DNA from: Alphaproteobacteria bacterium
Lineage (GTDB): Bacteria; Pseudomonadota; Alphaproteobacteria; RF32; CAG-239
Assembly (NCBI GenBank): GCA_045597005.1
Contig: JAZODJ010000025.1
Coordinates: forward strand, 6,391 to 70,390
DNA length: 64,000 nucleotides
Direction: 5' to 3'
This document shows, piece by piece, positions 29,911-38,890 of this stretch (the first letter of the stretch is position 1; every line of letters begins with the position of its first letter). Both the position numbers and the translations under genes were made by a program. The notes under the pieces were generated by a model. It had not been told where the DNA came from. It did not search any database and saw nothing but the letters and a program-made list of their open reading frames with translations.

Positions 29911-30984
29911 TTGAGCAAACCGTGTATTACATACCACATTATCGGAGGAGGATTGTCCGGACTAGCATGTGCTTGGTTTTTGAAGCAAAAAAATAAAAAT
30001 AACCGAGTTGTTATTTATGAGGCTTCTTCTATTTTAGGTGGAAGAACATATTCGTATTTTAATAAAAATCTCGGATTAAAACTCGATAATGCCGTTCATG
30101 CGGTTGTCGGTGCCAATAAATTTATGTCCCGATTTATAAAAAAAGACGAATGGTTAAAGAACAAATATTTTATTGATATGCAAACGGATACGTTGGATAA
30201 TTCGATTATTCATAATTCAGACCATATATTAAAATCTTTTTGTAATACCAAAGCTTCCGATATAGATAATCGTATTCGGAACAATATTTTGAAAACTCTT
30301 TTTCCTTTTACTCGCGCAAAAACCAAAGTTTGGTTTTCCAAACAAGATTTAACCCCTCGTATAATTAATATGTTGGCAGCATATGCCGATGAAATAAAAC
30401 TCAATAGTAGATTGCAAAGCATATCATCGCAATTCGGTATGGCTGCGATGCTTGATTTTGGAAGTTACAGCGTAGACATAGGGGCAAATGATAAGGTTAT
30501 AATTGCCCTTGATAATTTGGCTTGTAATAAAATTTTGAATGTCAATCGGTTAGAACATTCATCCATAATTAATATAACGTTTAAAACTTCCCAAACGATA
30601 TTCTTACCGAAAGGTACATCGTTTATCGGAGTTAAAAATGGTATCGCCGATTGGATATTCGTTGATAACAATTTGTTGACAGTGGTTATCTCGGATGCTG
30701 ACATAAAAGATAATAAACTATCTGATGTTGCAATCAAAGTATGGAAAGAATTAGATGCCATAAGAGGAGTTAATTCCGGATTTTTGCCTCCTTATAAAGC
30801 AACAATATTTCCCAACGCAACAATCAAACAAGACATCAAGAATAATGCTCTGAGACCACAAAAACCCTTGACAGAATATCCTAATGTCTATATTGCAGGA
30901 GATTGGACAATGAGAGATTATCCTTGTTGTATGGAAACAGCTATAAAATCAGCCGAAAGAGCTGTAAGATTCGCTCAAAGATAA
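29911..30984 (+). CDS. hpnE: hydroxysqualene dehydroxylase HpnE-like FAD-dependent amine oxidase
   Basis: It has the N-terminal motif IIGGGLSGLACAW...YEASSILGGR and the C-terminal YIAGDW. The start is TTG. At 357 aa it seems short for the family. Confidence 0.65.
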   Translation: MSKPCITYHIIGGGLSGLACAWFLKQKNKNNRVVIYEASSILGGRTYSYFNKNLGLKLDNAVHAVVGANKFMSRFIKKDEWLKNKYFIDMQTDTLDNSIIHNSDHILKSFCNTKASDIDNRIRNNILKTLFPFTRAKTKVWFSKQDLTPRIINMLAAYADEIKLNSRLQSISSQFGMAAMLDFGSYSVDIGANDKVIIALDNLACNKILNVNRLEHSSIINITFKTSQTIFLPKGTSFIGVKNGIADWIFVDNNLLTVVISDADIKDNKLSDVAIKVWKELDAIRGVNSGFLPPYKATIFPNATIKQDIKNNALRPQKPLTEYPNVYIAGDWTMRDYPCCMETAIKSAERAVRFAQR

Positions 30985-30999
30985 ACTGAAAATAAAGAA

Positions 31000-32271
31000 A
31001 TGGAAAATAAAATGAATTCACAAATGACAACATTATCAAATGGACTAAGAGTAATAACATCGGAACGTCCCCAGCTTGAGACTGTTTCTTTGGGGATTTG
31101 GGTTAAAACCGGTTCTGCTTATGAAAATAAAGCCAATAATGGTATATCCCATTTTTTGGAACATATGTCATTTAAGGGGACGGAAAAACGTACATCACTT
31201 CAAATATCTGAAGAGATTGAAAATGTCGGTGGCCAGTCAAATGCATATACATCCAGAGAATTTACGGCTTATTATGCCAAAATGATGAAAGAAGATGCCG
31301 AACTGGCGATTGATGTTTTGTGTGATTCTATTAAAAATTCCATATTTCCGGAAGAAGAGTTGATTAAAGAAAGAGATGTGGTAATCCAAGAGATTAAACA
31401 GACTATTGATACTCCGGATGATATTGTTTTTGATTATTTTCAAGAAACAGCTTTTCCTAATCAGGCATTAGGGCGTTCAATTCTTGGTCCGCAAGAAATT
31501 GTGCGTAATTTTAATCGGGATACACTGACACAATATATCGGTAGCAATTATGCCGCCGAAAATATGGTAATTTGTGCCGTAGGGTGTATTTCTCATCAAA
31601 AATTTGTTGATATGGTAAAAGATCGTATGAGTGATTTTCGTTCTCAGACCAATTTTAATACCGAAAAACAAAAATATTCCGGTGGCTTTTTTATTGAAAA
31701 AAGACCTATTGAACAAAGTCATGTTGTTCTTGGTTTTGAGGGGTATCCGTACAAAAATAAACATTATTATGACACCGCAATTTTATCAACCATATTAGGT
31801 GGCGGAATGTCATCGCGTTTGTTCCAAGAAATCAGAGAAAAGCGTGGATTGGTTTACTCGGTTTATTCATTTACGGCTGCTCACAGTAATGCAGGTTTGT
31901 TTGGTATTTATGCCGGAACAGAGGCCAAAGAACTTCCTGTTTTAATGCCTGTTGTTGTCGATGAAATAAAAAAAATAAGCAATGATTTGGTATCGGAAAA
32001 AGAATTCAACCGAGCTAAAATGCAACTAAAGTCAAGTATTAAAATGGGATTAGAGAGTTCATCATCAACAGCAGAAGTTTTAGCGCGCCAAAATCTTATT
32101 TATGGGCGCAGTTTAACAATAGATGAGGTGGTGGCAAAAATTGATGCCGTATCACGCGAGAACATTCGTGAAGTAGCACAAGAAATATTCTCATCCAAAC
32201 CTACATATACTTTGCTTGGAGCGATAGATAAATATATGGAATATGACGAATTGCAAAAAGTATTGTCATAA
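31000..32271 (+). CDS. M16-family zinc peptidase (pitrilysin/processing-peptidase-like)
   Basis: It has the inverted zinc motif HFLEHMSFKG and a downstream E in ...REFTAYY. Confidence 0.85.
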   Translation: MENKMNSQMTTLSNGLRVITSERPQLETVSLGIWVKTGSAYENKANNGISHFLEHMSFKGTEKRTSLQISEEIENVGGQSNAYTSREFTAYYAKMMKEDAELAIDVLCDSIKNSIFPEEELIKERDVVIQEIKQTIDTPDDIVFDYFQETAFPNQALGRSILGPQEIVRNFNRDTLTQYIGSNYAAENMVICAVGCISHQKFVDMVKDRMSDFRSQTNFNTEKQKYSGGFFIEKRPIEQSHVVLGFEGYPYKNKHYYDTAILSTILGGGMSSRLFQEIREKRGLVYSVYSFTAAHSNAGLFGIYAGTEAKELPVLMPVVVDEIKKISNDLVSEKEFNRAKMQLKSSIKMGLESSSSTAEVLARQNLIYGRSLTIDEVVAKIDAVSRENIREVAQEIFSSKPTYTLLGAIDKYMEYDELQKVLS

Positions 32272-32342
32272 ACAAAATATTAAAGATTATATGCTTAAAA
32301 TGACGACAAGATATTGCCGTCATTTTTTTCAGGAGATTGCAT

Positions 32343-33410
32343 ATGTCACGCGCAGAAGATATATTCCAAAAACTGGTTTATTTTGGAGAAGATGCCATTG
32401 ATGAGTTTATTGTAGAACGCCAAAGTGAAGAGCTTTTTATTGACTTTAAACAGGCAGCGTCTGACGGCAAAAATTTCAACACCCTTCATCGTGATGACCG
32501 CAAAAACCTATCAAAAGCAATTTCCGGTTTTGGCAATTCGGAGGGTGGGGTAATTATATGGGGAGTTGAATGTTCGCGAGATATAGAAGTTGGCGATGTT
32601 GCAAAAGCCAAAGTAAAAGTTCGCAATGTTCATCGTTTTTTAAGCTGGCTCGAAAATGCAATTTCCGGATGCACTATACCAAGCCACAATAAGGTACGCA
32701 ATCATATTATCAGTGTTGATGATAATGGAGACGGGTTCATTGCAACATATATTCCCAAAAGCGATGTTGCCCCGCTTATGACATCAAGCAATTCGGCAAT
32801 ATATATACGTTCAGGTTCCAACAATGTTCCGGCTCCCTATGCTGTTATTGCCGGTATGTTCGGGCGTCATCCGCAACCCAATATCGAACTTAAAATATCC
32901 AATAAAAATATCGAAGCACTTCAAAATCAAGATGAAGATATGCTCTATCCCAATAGTATTGACAATCCACCTGAACAATATGTAAAAATATCATTTGAAC
33001 TACAAGGAGCAAACATATCAAATGTTATTGCCAGAGAAATGTTTTTATCTGCAGAAGTTCTATCTGATGGTAGCGAGTATAACAAAGTTCGTTTTTCTAA
33101 TTATAATCAAATGGAAGTTATAACCGGAATCGAAGGACAACTTAATATTATCACTCGTCCGGAACTTCGTTTGCCACCGCGCGGAGCAATCAAGTTTTGC
33201 AATGTCGAAATCGTTTTATCTCCGTTTGTCGATGATGATTTTCAGCTTGAAGGAGTTATAGGCGCCAATAATGCAATGCCTAAAGATTTTCGAATTTTTA
33301 TTCCCAAAAACAAACTTCGTTCATTTGTTGCAAAAGTAATCAAAGGTGAAGAAGATTACAATATGATTATGAATGAATTTTTCAATGATTATTTCCGCGG
33401 AGAATTTTAA
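32343..33410 (+). CDS. AlbA_2/Schlafen-like domain protein with unassigned C-terminal half
   Basis: [25 protein letters not shown] and [13 protein letters not shown] match the AlbA_2 (divergent AAA / putative DNA-binding) signature. The ATG at 32343 has GGAGA 5 nt upstream. The stop overlaps the rnhA ATG. Confidence 0.65.
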   Translation: MSRAEDIFQKLVYFGEDAIDEFIVERQSEELFIDFKQAASDGKNFNTLHRDDRKNLSKAISGFGNSEGGVIIWGVECSRDIEVGDVAKAKVKVRNVHRFLSWLENAISGCTIPSHNKVRNHIISVDDNGDGFIATYIPKSDVAPLMTSSNSAIYIRSGSNNVPAPYAVIAGMFGRHPQPNIELKISNKNIEALQNQDEDMLYPNSIDNPPEQYVKISFELQGANISNVIAREMFLSAEVLSDGSEYNKVRFSNYNQMEVITGIEGQLNIITRPELRLPPRGAIKFCNVEIVLSPFVDDDFQLEGVIGANNAMPKDFRIFIPKNKLRSFVAKVIKGEEDYNMIMNEFFNDYFRGEF

Positions 33411-33859
33411 TGTCAGATATCGAAATTTTTACTGACGGAGCTTGTTCCGGTAATCCCGGAGCAGGGGGGTGGGGCGCAATATTGCGTTATGGCGATGTTG
33501 AAAAAGAGTTATCCGGTGGCGAATCCGATACAACCAATAATCGTATGGAGTTAACTGCAGTTATAGAGGCTCTAAAGGCATTAAAACGGCCATGCAACAT
33601 AACTTTATATACGGATAGTCGTTATGTAATGGATGGAGTGAACCAGTGGTTACCCAACTGGAAAGTTAACGGATGGCGTACATCAAATAAAAAATCTCCG
33701 GTTAAAAATATCGATTTATGGCAAGCTCTCGAGTCGCATCTTGAAAAACACCAAATCAAATGGGTTTGGGTAAAAGGACACAACGGACATCCGGAAAACG
33801 AGCGTGTCGATAAATTGGCTCGAGACCAAGCAAAAGCGCATATTTCTGAAATTTTGTAA
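33410..33859 (+). CDS. rnhA: ribonuclease HI
   Basis: Motifs [26 protein letters not shown] and [14 protein letters not shown] are present. Confidence 0.92.
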   Translation: MSDIEIFTDGACSGNPGAGGWGAILRYGDVEKELSGGESDTTNNRMELTAVIEALKALKRPCNITLYTDSRYVMDGVNQWLPNWKVNGWRTSNKKSPVKNIDLWQALESHLEKHQIKWVWVKGHNGHPENERVDKLARDQAKAHISEIL

Positions 33860-33932
33860 AAAAACACTTGATTTAGACAAAAATATTTGTTATATATTAA
33901 CACGTAGTTAACAGACGGAGTTAGCATAATAT

Positions 33933-34592
33933 ATGCAAATAGCTTGTAAATCTGCCAGTTGTCGTGATTGTAGCGACAGTAATATTAATTCAACAATCTC
34001 TTGTGTTTTTGACACAAAAGAAGAATACATCGCCCACCTTATCAAAATTAAGGAAATCAAAAAAGACACTCGTCGCCATAGCGACGGGTTAATTCATTTA
34101 AAGGGTACTTTAAAAATTGATGGGCGTGTAAAAAAAGGACTGAATTGGAATGATGTTGTTTCGACAACAGCCATTGTCGAAAAGGGAATGATAAGCCGTT
34201 ATCAATATCTTCCGCGAACATACAAAGGAATAAAAACAAGTTTGAGTATTCCAAGTTTAGAACTTTATATGTTTCACAACAATTTTAGCGCAATCTGTAC
34301 GAACAAACATTACGAAGTTGATTTGTTCAGAATATCTGAACAAGCCAGTCATCTGGATTTTTCGAGCGTCAGTGCAAATCTGACGCTTTTTTATGGGCAA
34401 CGAATTGCTTTGTCTAGACTTCCAAAAGCAAAGAATATTTTAGGATTAAGTTCCAAACATTTGGAAGTTGATTGTCCGGACGCCTATCATGTTGCCAAAG
34501 AAAAAGGGTGCGGAGCAGATATATTAAATATTCTTCGTCCTAAAAATCCCGTTGTGGCTTGTATTTATCGTTTAATCGGAAAAAAGAAATAA
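33933..34592 (+). CDS. hypothetical protein
   Basis: Intact 219-aa ORF with a Cys-rich N-terminus (CKSASCRDC). I recognise no motif. Confidence 0.45.
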   Translation: MQIACKSASCRDCSDSNINSTISCVFDTKEEYIAHLIKIKEIKKDTRRHSDGLIHLKGTLKIDGRVKKGLNWNDVVSTTAIVEKGMISRYQYLPRTYKGIKTSLSIPSLELYMFHNNFSAICTNKHYEVDLFRISEQASHLDFSSVSANLTLFYGQRIALSRLPKAKNILGLSSKHLEVDCPDAYHVAKEKGCGADILNILRPKNPVVACIYRLIGKKK

Positions 34593-34788
34593 CAGTTGAT
34601 TTTTTTGTCTAAAATATAGTGCAATTCTATCAAGACACAAATACAATTAATTCTCCATATTAACGACAAACAACAAGTATGTAAGGTTTCAAACATTATC
34701 GTTTGAATAGTTCACTAGGGATTTGTTGTTTTTTTAAATCACGAAACCGTGTTGAGATCCGAAAGGAGGTAAGACAGCGGTTGTTTTT

Positions 34789-35004
34789 ATGGTCGAAAAA
34801 TTCGATGTAATTGTTGTTGATGCCTATGGCGTCTTCAACTTTGGGCAGGGTATTTCTCTGTCGGTAATCAACACTTTTAAGAAATGGATGGAACAGGGAA
34901 AGAAAGTTTACATCCTTTCTCTTGAGGAATACATCAAAAAAGAAGGTATCTATCCTGATTATATCTGGGATAGAGTTTCAGAAGAGCCACTTTTTGGAAA
35001 CTAA
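34789..35004 (+). pseudogene. truncated remnant of a HAD-superfamily class IIA (TIGR01459-like) hydrolase
   Basis: FDVIVVDAYGVFNFGQG...GKKVYILS matches only the first ~45 residues of ~280-aa HAD-IIA proteins. The ORF stops after 71 aa. Confidence 0.45.
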
Positions 35005-35015
35005 AAAACACAAAA

Positions 35016-35052
35016 ACAAGTCGTTCACCAATATCGGTGAACGACTTGTTTC
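35016..35052 (+). terminator. rho-independent terminator
   Basis: A 14-bp stem acaagtcgttcacc / ggtgaacgacttgt is followed by ttt. Confidence 0.7.
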
Positions 35053-35139
35053 GTATATAAAAAATGCTTTAAAACTTATAATATTTATGTATAATAAGCT
35101 CATCATTAATTTTATTAAACTAAATAAGGAATATTTATA

Positions 35140-35802
35140 ATGACGATAAAAAATATATTTTGGGATGTTGATGGTGTATTGGCTAATTTGAACTATGCAT
35201 ATTATAATTTTTTAACCAAACATCCAAAATATTCTCCGATGTATGGTAACATTACTTGGGAACAATTGCCTGAAGTTTTACCGATTGTTCCGAAATATGG
35301 TGCTTTAGAGCTTAAAACTCATCCTACATTAGGAACAGAACTTGATTATGATTTTTGTCATTCTCCCGAATTTTTTACCAATCGTCCGCTATATCCCAAT
35401 GTCATAGAAACTCTCAGAGAATTACATGAAAAAGGTTATCGCCAGTTTACAATGTCGGCGACATTTGATGTTGCAACCAAAACCAAATTTTTGAATGAGC
35501 TTTTAGCTCCGGTAACCGACTTTTTGACAATCAAGTGTGTGCAACACGGCAAGTTTATGCACGATACTGCAAAAGAAGATATGCTAAAGGCTTGTTTTGA
35601 TGAATATGGTTTAAAGGCAGAAGAAACATGCTTGGTTGATGATAGAATTTATAATCAACACGCTGCTATTAATGTTGGCGCACATCCTGTACGTATGCGT
35701 TGCGAATTTACGACCGATTTGCCGGAAGAACTAAATTGGATACCGGAAGTTAAAGATGTTGTTGATTTCAAAAATTGGCTTTATGCTCAAAACGAAAAAT
35801 AA
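35140..35802 (+). CDS. HAD-family hydrolase (nucleotidase-like)
   Basis: It has motif I (FWDVDGVL) and late motifs (SAT..., VDDR). 220 aa. Confidence 0.65.
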   Translation: MTIKNIFWDVDGVLANLNYAYYNFLTKHPKYSPMYGNITWEQLPEVLPIVPKYGALELKTHPTLGTELDYDFCHSPEFFTNRPLYPNVIETLRELHEKGYRQFTMSATFDVATKTKFLNELLAPVTDFLTIKCVQHGKFMHDTAKEDMLKACFDEYGLKAEETCLVDDRIYNQHAAINVGAHPVRMRCEFTTDLPEELNWIPEVKDVVDFKNWLYAQNEK

Positions 35803-35817
35803 AATAATCAAAATAAC

Positions 35818-35848
35818 AAATAACCCCGCCGTTTGGCGGGGTTTGTTA
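35818..35848. terminator. bidirectional rho-independent terminator between HAD gene and kdsB
   Basis: Hairpin aaccccgcc-gttt-ggcggggtt, flanked by an A run and a T run. Confidence 0.8.
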
Positions 35849-35862
35849 CATTTGAAGAAACA

Positions 35863-36636
35863 TTATTTAATCCATTTTAATGCTGCTTCATACTCTTCCG
35901 GAGTATTAACATCAGCAGGAGCTTCATCAACAAGTTTCATATTTTCAACAATTTTAGCACGAATAGTCATACCGTTTTCCAAAGCACGTAATTGTTCTAA
36001 AGATTCGCGCTTTTCCAAAACACCGACAGGTAAATCAACAATTTTTTTCAACGAAGATGCTTTATAAACATAAATACCGATATGATGATAAAAGTCTTTG
36101 TTGTCAACTTTTTCCGGATCACGAATATAAGGAGCAGCCGCACGAGTAAAATACAAACAACGTCCTTCTTTTTGTCCTTCAGGCAATCCCATAACAATTT
36201 TTACCATAGTCGGATCATTAACATCTTTTTCATTCTTAAATACCATACCGCAGGTTGCGATATCGCAGTCTGTTTTTTCAACCATTTCGATAAGAGACAA
36301 ATTTACTCTGGGGTCAACGTTTACGCCATCCCCTTGGAAGTTAACAACAATATCATATTTTGTTCCGTCAGGGTCAATTTCTTTTAATGCGGCGGCAATA
36401 CGATCAGTTCCGCTTGGCAAACTTGGATCTGTCAAAATAGCTTTAGCACCAAATTTTTCAGCCTCATCAACCAAAACCTGATCTCCGGCAGCAATAACAA
36501 TATCCCCCGGAACATAAGCTTTGACATTTTCATAAACACGTTGCAATACTGTTTTTCCGTTAACATCAAGCAACGGTTTGTTTGGCAAGCGAGTAGAAGC
36601 CATTCTGACCGGAATCATAGTTATAACAGATGACAT
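35863..36636 (-). CDS. kdsB: 3-deoxy-manno-octulosonate cytidylyltransferase
   Basis: Motifs IPVRMASTRLPNKPLLDVNGK, NFQGD and HIGIYVY are present. Confidence 0.9.
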   Translation of the reverse strand: MSSVITMIPVRMASTRLPNKPLLDVNGKTVLQRVYENVKAYVPGDIVIAAGDQVLVDEAEKFGAKAILTDPSLPSGTDRIAAALKEIDPDGTKYDIVVNFQGDGVNVDPRVNLSLIEMVEKTDCDIATCGMVFKNEKDVNDPTMVKIVMGLPEGQKEGRCLYFTRAAAPYIRDPEKVDNKDFYHHIGIYVYKASSLKKIVDLPVGVLEKRESLEQLRALENGMTIRAKIVENMKLVDEAPADVNTPEEYEAALKWIK

Positions 36637-36801
36637 AATTTATCCTTTCCTTGTTATGTTATTACATAGCTCTGCTATATATCACATTTTTTCATTAAAA
36701 TAAAGCATTTTAAATTTTTTGTTCATAATGTTTTCGATAATATTTTACGGTTATTTTTCATATTTTATCACTTTTTTCAAAAAAAAATAGACAAAAAGCA
36801 C

Positions 36802-36830
36802 TTGCGTACACCTCAAAAATGTGATATAAC
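36802..36830 (+). promoter_or_regulatory. putative sigma70-type promoter (TTGCGT-17-TATAAC)
   Basis: Hexamers with 17-nt spacing lie ~45 nt upstream of the 36876 ORF. AT-rich DNA gives many chance matches. Confidence 0.3.
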
Positions 36831-36875
36831 AGAAACATCAAAAAAATATTTATTAATTCTCTAAACTTATAAAAA

Positions 36876-37403
36876 ATGAACAAAGAAATTTTAACAAAGG
36901 TCTTCAAATATATGACCGCTAGTGGTAAATCAACATTTATCGATATGTACAATGCCGTATCGGTAAAAGGTTTTCAATGTGGAAGCCTCGATTGCGAGAG
37001 CAGCAAGTTAGAGGGAAAAGATGGAGACTATATCGGTTTTCAATCAATTTCTTTGACTGAAGGGACCGGTCGTGAACTGCAGTTGCGCTCAATCGTTGAT
37101 AATCGACAAGAGCTTGACGAGAGAATCAATCTAAGTGATTGTTTCCCCGACAAGCAGATTGTCATTATGACCGGAGGCGACAGCCTTTATGGCTTAGCTC
37201 CCGTCTTGAACGATAAGCTGGAGCTTGCCAATTATATTCGCTTCTTGCGTGACTACTATCTGTCTTTGTCGGATGAGGATAGGTGGCTGGCATTTCGTCA
37301 TATTGACCAAATGGAGAGTCTCGCCATTTGGCTTTATAAGAACAATCCGCAAGGACAAAGATTTTCAATCGTGGATGCGATTGAAGAAAAGTTGAATAAC
37401 TAA
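36876..37403 (+). CDS. hypothetical protein (visibly GC-richer than its surroundings)
   Basis: Intact 175-aa ORF with no recognised motif. By eye its composition differs from the flanking AT-rich DNA. Confidence 0.55.
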   Translation: MNKEILTKVFKYMTASGKSTFIDMYNAVSVKGFQCGSLDCESSKLEGKDGDYIGFQSISLTEGTGRELQLRSIVDNRQELDERINLSDCFPDKQIVIMTGGDSLYGLAPVLNDKLELANYIRFLRDYYLSLSDEDRWLAFRHIDQMESLAIWLYKNNPQGQRFSIVDAIEEKLNN

Positions 37404-37417
37404 AACAAAACAAAAAA

Positions 37418-37615
37418 ATGAAAGAAAAATTAATTACACTCTTTTTGGTGCTAGGCATCATTTTGAGTCTGGTGGGTGGTGCTTTGGCCATATTATTGCT
37501 GTTTTTTGAGGCTTTATATGGCCCCGAATTGCCATTGAGTTTCCTTATGATAGGAGCTCTCTTGCTAGGAATTGGTTTTTTTCTTGAATGGAGAAAAAAC
37601 AGAATGTGGAATTAA
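37418..37615 (+). CDS. small membrane protein (two predicted TM helices)
   Basis: 65 aa with hydrophobic stretches LITLFLVLGIILSLVGGALAILLLFF and LSFLMIGALLLGIGFFL. It starts 15 nt after the previous ORF. Confidence 0.5.
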   Translation: MKEKLITLFLVLGIILSLVGGALAILLLFFEALYGPELPLSFLMIGALLLGIGFFLEWRKNRMWN

Positions 37616-37636
37616 ACTCTACTAAATGAAAACAAA

Positions 37637-37671
37637 AAAGGTTTGCTTTTAACAAAAGGCAGACCTTTTTT
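37637..37671 (+). terminator. rho-independent terminator
   Basis: Hairpin aaaggtttgc / gcagaccttt is followed by a T tract. Confidence 0.6.
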
Positions 37672-37744
37672 GTTATCTGTTGACAAGCTTTTATACCAGC
37701 GCTAACCTTAGACAATATTAACCGAAAGAGTAGGGAAGATAAAG

Positions 37745-38872
37745 ATGAAAAATTGTTTTGATTTTGATTACAACAACAGCATTTTGGCACTAAGCAATTC
37801 ATTGCTTAAATATTACGGAGTGCATCCCTTTCATCCGACACTCAAAATACTTGACGAGATGTTATCAGCTCAAAATCACAAAAACATTGTCTTTATGATT
37901 ATGGATGGTATGTCAGTTGATAATATCCGTCGTCATTTACCCAAAGACAGCTTTATTGCCTCGCATATCGTTACACCGATATATTCGGTTTTTCCGCCCA
38001 CAACCACTGCAGCCACAACAACTTTTCATTCCGCTCTTTCACCTCTTGAAAGCGGGTGGATAGGTTGGACAAGCTATTATAAAGAATATGACCGTATTAT
38101 TGAAAATTTTTTAAACACCAATTATTACACCGGCGAAAAATTGTCCTCGCCAAGTCCTTGTGATGATTTGCTGAAGTTTAAGTCAATTTATACTCGAATA
38201 GTCGAGCAAAACCCTGATGTTGAATATCATCGTGTTTTTCCGCCGTTTGATCCGAATGGTGCCAAAACTTATGCGGAAATGTGTTCACGCATTGCGGATA
38301 TCAGCAAAAGCAATTCCAGTCGCAAAATCATTAGTGCCTATTGGCCGGAACCGGATCATTCTATGCACCATTTCGGGGTTGATTCTGATGAGGCTCATCA
38401 ACAAATGTTAGAAATTGAGGCCAATTTGCAAAAAATGTATGCCAAAATTGAAGATGCTTTTATTATCATTTCGGCCGATCATGGTTTGATTGATGTCGAG
38501 AGTATTTGGATAAACGATTATCCCGAGATTTGCCAAATGTTAGCTCGTCCGCTATCGTTAGAAGCCCGCTACACAACATTTTTTATTAAGTCGGAATACA
38601 AGGACAAATTTGCAGTCAAATTTAATCAAATTTTTGGGGACGATTTCAGGCTTTATACCAAAGACGAATTTTTATCTTCCGGTTTGCTCGGAAGCGGAAT
38701 ACCGCACCCTAAAATTAATGATTTTGTTGGTGATTTTGTAGCAATATCTTTAGGGCGCAAAATGTTGCATTATGATGCCGGCAAAAAAGAGCGAGTTAAT
38801 CTTGTTGCCGAACATGCCGGTATCAGCGAAAGCGAAATGTCGGTTCCGTTGATTATAGCTCAAAAGCCTTAA
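37745..38872 (+). CDS. alkaline-phosphatase-superfamily protein (type I phosphodiesterase/nucleotide pyrophosphatase or PglZ-like)
   Basis: It has the metal and nucleophile signatures IMDGMS, FPPTTTAATTT, WPEPDHSMHHFG and SADHG. Confidence 0.65.
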   Translation: MKNCFDFDYNNSILALSNSLLKYYGVHPFHPTLKILDEMLSAQNHKNIVFMIMDGMSVDNIRRHLPKDSFIASHIVTPIYSVFPPTTTAATTTFHSALSPLESGWIGWTSYYKEYDRIIENFLNTNYYTGEKLSSPSPCDDLLKFKSIYTRIVEQNPDVEYHRVFPPFDPNGAKTYAEMCSRIADISKSNSSRKIISAYWPEPDHSMHHFGVDSDEAHQQMLEIEANLQKMYAKIEDAFIIISADHGLIDVESIWINDYPEICQMLARPLSLEARYTTFFIKSEYKDKFAVKFNQIFGDDFRLYTKDEFLSSGLLGSGIPHPKINDFVGDFVAISLGRKMLHYDAGKKERVNLVAEHAGISESEMSVPLIIAQKP

Positions 38873-38890
38873 GCCCAAAGGAGAAATTTT

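Noticed and set aside
35756-36067. A 103-aa plus-strand ORF spanning the HAD gene end, the terminator and the kdsB 3' end.
   Set aside because: It crosses a strong bidirectional terminator and is antisense to kdsB.
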